DNA of 64,000 nt, taken from the NCBI GenBank assembly GCA_046050355.1, contig JBJOPW010000005.1:2503-66502 (forward strand). The letters are read 5' to 3'. Of the stretch, positions 56,792 to 64,000 are shown one piece after another; position 1 is the stretch's first letter, and each line of letters starts with the position of its first letter. Both the position numbers and the translations under genes were made by a program. Source of the stretch: Candidatus Parcubacteria bacterium (GTDB taxonomy: Bacteria; Patescibacteriota; Minisyncoccia; Phycocordibacterales; UBA918). The notes below the pieces were generated by a model. The model searched no databases, had not been told where the DNA came from, and was given only the letters and a program-made list of their open reading frames with translations.

Positions 56792-58060
56792 TCAGTCTGT
56801 GAATGATTTATTAAATATCCCTTTATCTGCGCCTAGTGACAAAGCAGCCCGAATACCGCTCCACACTCCATCTTCATGGAATCCATGACGCCAATAGGCG
56901 CCACAATAGTAAAAATTCTGCACTCCATTAATCTGCTTCCAGACTGACTGGAGCGTCAGCATATGTTTGTCGTACTGTGGGTGCAGATACTGAGTCTCAA
57001 ATAATACCTTCGTAGAATCAATATATGACTGACCATCGAGAGTAACTAAAAAATTTACCGGGGCGGTAATATGTTGAAGTTTATTCATATGATACGAAAA
57101 AACAGGTTCGCTATCGGTGCTTTTTTGGTAAATATTCCACGCTTCGGTCACGTATGTTTCTTTAGGAAGAATATTTTCATCAACATGTAATTGGATTACA
57201 TGGTCAGTAAATTGTACTGGTTTCATATAATCAAACACCGCTTCAGGGAGATCAGCGATTTTAAGAATCTCTGGCACTGGAATAGCAAATAAAACTTTAT
57301 CAAAAACCTCTTCCTTACCATTAACCTGTATTAATACATTATTTCCCTGAGCCACAACACGTTTAATCTCAGCACCAGTCCTAACCCTATCAGTAAATGT
57401 CTCAGTCAATGGTTTGAGATACGCTGATGAAAATGGTGCTACCACATACCACTGTAAGATATCTGACTTACTCAATAATCCATGATTCTTAAAAAAGCCA
57501 ATGAAGAAATGCAATGGTATATCAAGCACGGAGTCTTTTGGTTGTGACCAAATTATAGCTGCGAGCGGTATTAAATAGACTTCTACAAAAAAATTGGAAA
57601 AATTGAAGCGTCGTACAAAATCGCCGAGCGTCTCTCTATCGTCGGCTATCAGCGCATACCGTTTCACTTTGTAGTTAAAACGAAGAATCTCATACATAAG
57701 CTTCCATCGTTTGTAAGAAAAAACCTGACGGAAAGACACGAAGAATCCCTGTAAAGTTGATATATTATAGGCGATATTCATTTCGTCATTACGAACACTA
57801 AAGCCCATATCAGTCTTGACTTTATTAATGCCAAGTTTTTCTAGTAACGTAATAAAATTAGGGTACGTTACCTCGTTAAAAACAATAAATGCCGTATCTA
57901 TAGCATACTTCTTTTCTCGATAAGATATTGATACGGTTGCGGTATGGCCACCTATCTGATCGGCTTTTTCATAGACAATAACATCATATGTATCTTTAAG
58001 AAGATAGGCTGCTGTTAACCCCGATACGCCCGAACCAATCACCGCCAAACGCTCTCTCAT
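56792..58060 (-). CDS. FAD-dependent oxidoreductase (amine-oxidase-like)
   Basis: 422 aa. LAVIGSGVSGLTAAYLL dinucleotide fold. Confidence 0.7.
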   Translation of the reverse strand: MRERLAVIGSGVSGLTAAYLLKDTYDVIVYEKADQIGGHTATVSISYREKKYAIDTAFIVFNEVTYPNFITLLEKLGINKVKTDMGFSVRNDEMNIAYNISTLQGFFVSFRQVFSYKRWKLMYEILRFNYKVKRYALIADDRETLGDFVRRFNFSNFFVEVYLIPLAAIIWSQPKDSVLDIPLHFFIGFFKNHGLLSKSDILQWYVVAPFSSAYLKPLTETFTDRVRTGAEIKRVVAQGNNVLIQVNGKEEVFDKVLFAIPVPEILKIADLPEAVFDYMKPVQFTDHVIQLHVDENILPKETYVTEAWNIYQKSTDSEPVFSYHMNKLQHITAPVNFLVTLDGQSYIDSTKVLFETQYLHPQYDKHMLTLQSVWKQINGVQNFYYCGAYWRHGFHEDGVWSGIRAALSLGADKGIFNKSFTD

Positions 58061-58065
58061 GTTGC

Positions 58066-59457
58066 TTAATAAGGAAAATGAATCGATACCCCAAACCGTG
58101 ACAGTACCGTCTTAATAGTGCGCAGGAAAATCGCCATATCAAGCCAAAACGACCGATTTTTGACATAGTACAAATCGTAAGAAAAGCGAATTCTCGATTC
58201 TTCAATTGATTGTGGGCTAATATTACCCGGAATATACCGTTGGTTTGTCTGCGCCCAACCAGTCACTCCCGGCTTTACAAAGTAGCGGATCTTATAGTAC
58301 GGGATTTCATTGGCTAATCGTTCACCTAATCCTGCAATATCATTCCGTGGCCCAATGAGAGACATATCGCCTTTGAGGATTGACCAGATCTGGGGAATCT
58401 CGTCGATACTGAGTTTGCGTAAGATAGCACCCACTTTGGTGACGACGTTATTTTGCTTCGCATCTTCACCGGTCCAAGTACTACTCGCAGCGAGATTTTT
58501 AGTCATGGTCCGAATTTTATACACCTTCACCGACCGATTGAATTGGCCGATGCGATCTTGAGTGATAAAGATTGGTCCCGGCCCCTCTAGCCGCATGGCT
58601 AGGTAAATGAATGGTAATAGCAAGAGGAAGCCAATACCCAGTCCGATACTCGTTATGATGTCAATGAGTCGTTTTGAGACGTCGTAGACGAGACTCCGTG
58701 ATTGTGAGACATGCGCTAAAAACCAATCGTACCGCAAAGCGGAAAGTGGCACCCGATCAAACGTATCTTCGTACACTTTATAAAAATCAAGAAAAGTAAA
58801 ATGAAAATCAATAAACGCTTTATCAAAGAGCGCTGGCATCACTTGCTCGAGGTACGGATTGTGGGCGTCAGCCACGATAATATCAATCCGTTCTTTCTCG
58901 ATAAGGGTTAACAATTTCTCTTTAAAATCGGTAGTAGTGGTTGCTACCTTACTGTCAATAATCCGGACAAATGAATATGAGTAACGATCGTTGTTATTGA
59001 TTTCATCAACCAATTCAATCGCCTCTTCCCCATCTGCGAGGAGAATCGCCCGTTTGTGTACCACTGGCGCAAAGCGTGGGTACAGGTACATACGCCAGTA
59101 CGTAATTAATGCCACCGATACAAAGAGATAAATAATGAGGTTGGTTTTTGGTGTAATCCCGAAGGGAACAATCAAAAAGACAAAAAAGGCTACAACAATA
59201 TTGACGACTTGAGTGTTAAGAATCCGACTAAACAAAAAAGTTTTTAGTATTGTCGTGTGTTTATCATACAAACCACCGATATAAAAAATAAATAGCCATA
59301 AACCAGACAACAGTAAAAATGGTCCAAAATGACTTGCCAATAAATCACTACTTGGCCAAGCCATATAACGCACCAACAACGTCAACCAAAGTGCACTCAA
59401 AAAAGCGATACTATCGCCGATAACGAGTATGGTTAATTCTCGGGTTCGTTCTCCCAT
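58066..59457 (-). CDS. Undecaprenyl-phosphate sugar phosphotransferase (WbaP/EPS initiating transferase family)
   Basis: 463 aa. N-terminal TMs. The C-terminal bacterial sugar-transferase domain (LIGPRNDI...KPGVTGWAQ) is present. Confidence 0.85.
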   Translation of the reverse strand: MGERTRELTILVIGDSIAFLSALWLTLLVRYMAWPSSDLLASHFGPFLLLSGLWLFIFYIGGLYDKHTTILKTFLFSRILNTQVVNIVVAFFVFLIVPFGITPKTNLIIYLFVSVALITYWRMYLYPRFAPVVHKRAILLADGEEAIELVDEINNNDRYSYSFVRIIDSKVATTTTDFKEKLLTLIEKERIDIIVADAHNPYLEQVMPALFDKAFIDFHFTFLDFYKVYEDTFDRVPLSALRYDWFLAHVSQSRSLVYDVSKRLIDIITSIGLGIGFLLLLPFIYLAMRLEGPGPIFITQDRIGQFNRSVKVYKIRTMTKNLAASSTWTGEDAKQNNVVTKVGAILRKLSIDEIPQIWSILKGDMSLIGPRNDIAGLGERLANEIPYYKIRYFVKPGVTGWAQTNQRYIPGNISPQSIEESRIRFSYDLYYVKNRSFWLDMAIFLRTIKTVLSRFGVSIHFPY

Positions 59458-59616
59458 AAATAATGTTCTTATCGTACCAGAGCTAAAAACCCTGGCAAGG
59501 CTTTGTGATCGCTATTATAACTAAAGTACGGTATGCTTAGTTGTATTGAGTGCAACATGATCAAAATAGCCATATTTTTGAACCTATAATTATACTTTAC
59601 GACCTATCTGATTGTA

Positions 59617-59700
59617 TGACACATCTACCACCAAAGAAGGTTTTATTTTTGATCACGAGGAGCTACTGGGGTGAGAAATGGGGTGGGGTAAAGAATAATG
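59617..59700 (+). pseudogene. Relic N-terminal fragment of a GT4 gene
   Basis: It encodes MTHLPPKKVLFLITRSYWG, matching MENKPPKKVLFLITKSNWGG of the downstream GT4. The reading frame then decays. Confidence 0.4.
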
Positions 59701-59961
59701 GGTATTATTCTTTACGAGGTTGCCAGCTACTTTTGAAAAAAGTAGCGACAACCTGTACTGGTCCTGTAAGGACCCATTTCGCAAGACTTGCCCAGCTATC
59801 TTGTAAATACTTGAAACAAAATAGCGAGCGAGTGAACAGCGTCTGTAAACAAGTTTGCTTTTACTGCACTCGTTCGATATCTGTATGCCAGCATCCAGAT
59901 ACGAACATCGTTTGTAAAAGTAAGACGGGGAAAGCCGCCCCACAACTAAACTCTCTATCGT

Positions 59962-61107
59962 ATGGAAAATAAACCACCTAAAAAAGTACTTTTTCTCATC
60001 ACTAAAAGTAACTGGGGCGGGGCGCAACGTTACGTCTACGACCTTGCGACGAGCCTTGATCGTAGACAGTTTGAGCCGGTAGTAGCGCTAGGTGGTACTG
60101 GCACACTTGTCGATATGCTCCATCACGCCGGTATTCGCACGATTACAATCACGAGTCTAGAACGAGATGTGAACGCCAAAAAAGAACTGGCGTTGGCACG
60201 CGAGCTATATCATATCTACCGTACCGAACAACCCGATATACTTCATCTCAATAGCTCAAAAGCTGGCGCGATGGGGGCTCTTATCGGTCGCCTCGCTCGT
60301 GTACCGCGAATTATTTTTACCGCACATGGCTGGGCTTTCAATGAAGATCGACCATATTGGCAACGACTGATCATTAAGGTAATACATTACCTTACCGTAT
60401 TCCTCGCACACCACACTATCGCTGTCTCTTCCGGAATGAAGGCAGAAATGGGCTGGTTTGGGATACAGTCGAAAATGTCGGTTATCAATCCCGGCCGATC
60501 AATCGGCGCCATGTTTACACACACTGAAGCGCGGGACAAAATTGTCGAACTCTTCCCAGTCCTATCGCCGTATCGCCATGACCCGTGGATAGTGTGTGTA
60601 GCAGAGCTTCACCCAATCAAACGACACCAGGGTTTATTTGAGGCAATTCGTAGTCTTACTGCCATCAATCCACATATTCGACTCCTCTGTTTTGGTGACG
60701 GTCAATTGCGTGAATCACTCTCAGCGTGGGTTACTGCTCATGGCATGTCTGAACATATATTTATACTCGGCAGTCTCCATGAGGCGGCCCGCTTCCTCAA
60801 AGCATTTGATATGTTTGTGCTCGCCTCCAAATCTGAATCATATGGTTATGTGCTTCATGAAGCTGGATTAGCTGGCATACCAATAGTAGCCACCAATGTG
60901 GGCGGTATTACAGACATTATTACACCCCATAAAACTGGCTTGTTGGTACCCGTTGATGATGCCCGCGCACTGGCACAAGCCGTAGCAACGTTACTGAGCG
61001 ATCAGACACTAGCCCAAGCTTTACGTGCAGCCAGTTATACCGCACTGGCAGAACGAACTGTTGCCAATATGACTGCGGCCACGACACGACTCTATCTCCA
61101 GCACTAG
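59962..61107 (+). CDS. Family 4 glycosyltransferase
   Basis: 381 aa. FVLASKSESYGYVLHEAGLAGIPIVATNVGG. Confidence 0.85.
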   Translation: MENKPPKKVLFLITKSNWGGAQRYVYDLATSLDRRQFEPVVALGGTGTLVDMLHHAGIRTITITSLERDVNAKKELALARELYHIYRTEQPDILHLNSSKAGAMGALIGRLARVPRIIFTAHGWAFNEDRPYWQRLIIKVIHYLTVFLAHHTIAVSSGMKAEMGWFGIQSKMSVINPGRSIGAMFTHTEARDKIVELFPVLSPYRHDPWIVCVAELHPIKRHQGLFEAIRSLTAINPHIRLLCFGDGQLRESLSAWVTAHGMSEHIFILGSLHEAARFLKAFDMFVLASKSESYGYVLHEAGLAGIPIVATNVGGITDIITPHKTGLLVPVDDARALAQAVATLLSDQTLAQALRAASYTALAERTVANMTAATTRLYLQH

Positions 61108-61637
61108 ACTCCGGACACCGGACAGGCATTATAACTATAGGCCACATGCCCGGCTCCCACATTAATTTCACAGTACGTATTTTGTCTTTCCAAAAATACC
61201 ACAATCGTGTACGAAGTCAGGTCAGTATTATTATTACTATTGCCGCTATTACTACGGAGCCGATACCGAATTGCGGTTGCATTAGTTCGATCAACCCCTG
61301 GTCGAAAGTTGAGGGCTGTATGTAAGGCGGACTCGTGCGCGGTGTACGTACCCGACATATTCTTAAGCACTGCTTCCGTAGCACCGCCAGCAGCCCCTGC
61401 TGGACACGCAACGGCCGTACCTGAACACGGATAGCGACCATTCTGATTGCGATAGTACTCTAAAGTAGTCACCAATTGTCTGGCCTCCTGAATACGCTGT
61501 GCATCTTGAGCTGCTACACGCGAATTTTGCATCGAGGCCAATAGAGATGAAGCGAGAAGTCCAACAATAGTAATAACAACCATGAGCTCAATGAGCGTGA
61601 ACCCTCGGTTACGACTTGATCGGTCGGTCATACGCAT
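61104..61637 (-). CDS. Type IV pilin / pseudopilin (prepilin N-terminal cleavage/methylation domain)
   Basis: RGFTLIELMVVITIVGLLA class III signal. The start is set at MRMTDRSS (ORF-track start is 61652). Confidence 0.8.
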   Translation of the reverse strand: MRMTDRSSRNRGFTLIELMVVITIVGLLASSLLASMQNSRVAAQDAQRIQEARQLVTTLEYYRNQNGRYPCSGTAVACPAGAAGGATEAVLKNMSGTYTAHESALHTALNFRPGVDRTNATAIRYRLRSNSGNSNNNTDLTSYTIVVFLERQNTYCEINVGAGHVAYSYNACPVSGV

Positions 61638-61682
61638 AAGTATACAAAACAAACCCCGTCCTCCACAACAGAGCCATTACGA

Positions 61683-61973
61683 ATGTGGATAAAAATACCA
61701 ACCTCAACGGATGTTTCTCAGTACAATACAGTAATAATACGTATGGGTCAGATTAAATTTCACGATGAATCAACCGCTCGGAGAAATGTTCAAGGGACTT
61801 CCTCTGGTTTTACGCGCAGACTGGTCGCTTGGGGAGTTGTCAAAAATGAGCGCCAAGCTAACGCCGTCTTACTACTTCTTATTTTTCTTGCTGGTCTTAT
61901 AACTGCCTATAACGTGATGCAGGTAGTGGAGACACCCCCACCGCCAATACTTAACGAAATACCAACCCCTTAA
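61683..61973 (+). CDS. Small hypothetical single-TM protein
   Basis: 96 aa ORF with one hydrophobic helix (AVLLLLIFLAGLITAY). Confidence 0.3.
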   Translation: MWIKIPTSTDVSQYNTVIIRMGQIKFHDESTARRNVQGTSSGFTRRLVAWGVVKNERQANAVLLLLIFLAGLITAYNVMQVVETPPPPILNEIPTP

Positions 61974-61974
61974 A

Positions 61975-63117
61975 TTACGAACGGTCGTGGACCAAAAAAG
62001 CAGCTTCAGGGCTTATTGTTGAAGCGTTTTTATTGGAGGCATTACGGCGCATCGCCATCACCATCGCCACAGCCACAAATTCAGTAAGGAGATGAGAACC
62101 ACCGTATGACAAAAACGGTACGGTGGTACCCGTCACTGGCAAAAGTCCAATATTCATACCAATATGGACGAAGAAGTGAGCGGTAAACAACACTGCCACC
62201 CCGGTAGCAAACAACGTCTCAAAGTTCGTCGCCCCCGAGACCGCATGCACCATCAACCGCCAAATCACTACTCCGAATGATCCAAACAGCATGAGCACCC
62301 CTAAGAGTCCCCACTCCTCAGCGAAGGCAGCGAAGATAAAATCAGTCTCGTACTCAGGCAAGAACTGGAGCTTTGATTGCGTGCCGTAACCAATGCCCTT
62401 GCCTAATAATTGTCCCGAGCCAACTGCAACGGTGGACTGGTACGCATTGTAGCCAGCGCCCTGGATATCAGCGAGCGGATTAAGGAATGTCATAATACGC
62501 GCCTTTTGGTAGTCCATAAATACGAACTGCCACATGACGAGAAACGCGAGTGCACCTAAGGTACCTACCACGAGGAGATGACGAAACTTAATCCCAGCCA
62601 CCAAAATCATACCGGCCCAGATAAAAAAGAGAATGATGGCAGACCCAAAGTCAGGCTGAATGAATACCAGACCAAAAATCACAAAAGCATAAATGGCAGA
62701 GATAATAATATGGCGAACATCACTGATATGTTCATGGCGCTTCGCAAAATATTTGGCCAGTACAATAATGAGCACGAGCTTAGCTGGGTCAGCTGGTTGT
62801 AGCGAAAAGAAGCCGAGATTAAAACGACTCTGTGCCCCTAATGTGATCTCACCAATAAAGAGGACGAGGACGAGTAGTGCCACAATAGTGAGATACAGAA
62901 AAAAGGTGGTATTACCGGTGCGTAAAAAGCGGTAATCGGGTATAAGCGCTACAAGAAAGGCGCCGCAGGCGACGGCAATCCATAAGATTTGCCGATTAAA
63001 ATAGAGATTCTCCCCTTGGTAGGAGTACATGGTGACGAGACCGAGGGCGGTCAAAAACAGCATCGCTCCAAACAAAAGCGTGTCAAACGACCGAAAAAAG
63101 ACCCGCAACCCATGCAT
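61975..63117 (-). CDS. ftsW: SEDS-family peptidoglycan glycosyltransferase FtsW/RodA
   Basis: 380 aa with 10 TMs. Conserved GYGTQSKLQFLPE and LPVTGTTVPFLSYGGS. Confidence 0.88.
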   Translation of the reverse strand: MHGLRVFFRSFDTLLFGAMLFLTALGLVTMYSYQGENLYFNRQILWIAVACGAFLVALIPDYRFLRTGNTTFFLYLTIVALLVLVLFIGEITLGAQSRFNLGFFSLQPADPAKLVLIIVLAKYFAKRHEHISDVRHIIISAIYAFVIFGLVFIQPDFGSAIILFFIWAGMILVAGIKFRHLLVVGTLGALAFLVMWQFVFMDYQKARIMTFLNPLADIQGAGYNAYQSTVAVGSGQLLGKGIGYGTQSKLQFLPEYETDFIFAAFAEEWGLLGVLMLFGSFGVVIWRLMVHAVSGATNFETLFATGVAVLFTAHFFVHIGMNIGLLPVTGTTVPFLSYGGSHLLTEFVAVAMVMAMRRNASNKNASTISPEAAFLVHDRS

Positions 63118-63282
63118 AATGGTATCAGTCTACCAGCTACGGTCGTAGTGGCAAGTCAAAGATTCCTGGAAGTGAATCAGTTTTGTAGTCTGGCAATTTC
63201 GAGGCGTCAAGACAAAGAAATGTGAGGCGTACTGGTTGTACGTTGAGCTTTTCTTTGTTGAAGACAACAAAGAAATTGGCGA

Positions 63283-63978
63283 CTACAGAGCTGATTCCAG
63301 TGGGGCGAAGTTGTTTTTGGTTTTGGGAATAACATCGATACGAGCCGCCCCATCTTCACAAATTGCCTCAGTGATCGAGCTATAGATACTCGATAACGTT
63401 CCGGTATTAGGTGCCGCATACGCTTGTTCAGGGACAGTCGCTAGTTGGCGCAAAAAGTCCATATTAACCGAGGAGCCAAGACCAATAGTAAAGACTGTTA
63501 CATCATCAGTACGAAGCTTACCAGCTGCCTCTAGTGCAAAGGCTTCGGGTTCTTCGTCCGGTGCGGTAGCAAGGCCGTCAGTGAGGAGTACCACCACGCT
63601 GCGAGCATCGGGATTATGTCGTAATGAATTCAGTTCCGCTTGAGCTTTTATCAGCCCGTCACCCGTGTTGGTGCTTCCCTGCTCTTCTTTAGGATTAATC
63701 TCGAGACTGTTGATCTCACCTTTAGCGACAGCGGTATCAATAGTGAGCGGCAAATCAACACGGGCATCAGTCGCAAATGTCACCACACTCACCTGGTCTT
63801 GACTGCGTAACTGTCCTACAAATGACTCAGCAGCTTTGAGCACTGAACTAATCGGTTCTGGCGGATTTGTACTGTCATTATTCATACTACCGGAGAGGTC
63901 GATAGCGACCACCACATCAGTAGGCACCTCACAACTCCGGAGCGTCTTCGCGATTGGACGGGGCCAGGTAAAAGTCAC
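63283..63978 (-). CDS. von Willebrand factor type A (vWA) domain protein
   Basis: 231 aa. MIDAS motif VVAIDLSGSM and VVVLLTDG. Confidence 0.8.
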   Translation of the reverse strand: MTFTWPRPIAKTLRSCEVPTDVVVAIDLSGSMNNDSTNPPEPISSVLKAAESFVGQLRSQDQVSVVTFATDARVDLPLTIDTAVAKGEINSLEINPKEEQGSTNTGDGLIKAQAELNSLRHNPDARSVVVLLTDGLATAPDEEPEAFALEAAGKLRTDDVTVFTIGLGSSVNMDFLRQLATVPEQAYAAPNTGTLSSIYSSITEAICEDGAARIDVIPKTKNNFAPLESAL

Positions 63979-64000
63979 GTCTTTACTACTTCGTCCCTCG

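Overview
The window looks like a small-genome, CPR/Patescibacteria-like bacterium with about 46-48% GC, and almost every housekeeping gene is on the minus strand. Nearly all genes lack Shine-Dalgarno sites.

- **Housekeeping genes:** gatB, obg, secA, murB, rsmI, murC, murD, secD, secF, folD, a probable UMP kinase, FtsW/RodA, and a type IV pilin.
- **Surface-glycan locus (about 9.6-32.9 kb):** a Wzy-like ligase with TPR repeats, a sulfotransferase, a Wzx-like flippase, about nine glycosyltransferases (GT4, GT2 and an exostosin-like family), seven SAM-dependent methyltransferases (four class I, one Zn-ribbon, two FkbM), a truncated UDP-glucose dehydrogenase, an epimerase, a secreted protein made of two tandem approximately 230-aa domains, and a NYN nuclease.
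- **Second sugar locus (55.7-61.1 kb):** an initiating polyprenyl-phosphate sugar phosphotransferase, an epimerase and a GT4.
- **tRNA/rRNA hotspot (44.2-49.7 kb):** tRNA-Ile(GAT) and tRNA-Leu(CAG); a tRNA-Leu pseudogene; a 15-bp direct repeat of the tRNA-Ile 3' end flanking a hairpin-dense 340-bp segment with three conserved palindromes; two 158-bp tandem repeats seeded by the tRNA-Leu 3' end; a stand-alone 16S rRNA with a non-canonical 3' tail (no CCUCC) and no linked 23S; and two GC-rich (about 60%) single-gene islands whose genes, unlike the host's, carry strong SD sites.
- **Repeated structured element:** an approximately 80-nt intergenic element is present in three or more copies (5.1 kb and 33.0 kb) with compensatory changes in a 7-bp stem.
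- **Not found:** no CRISPR array, reverse transcriptase or transposase.
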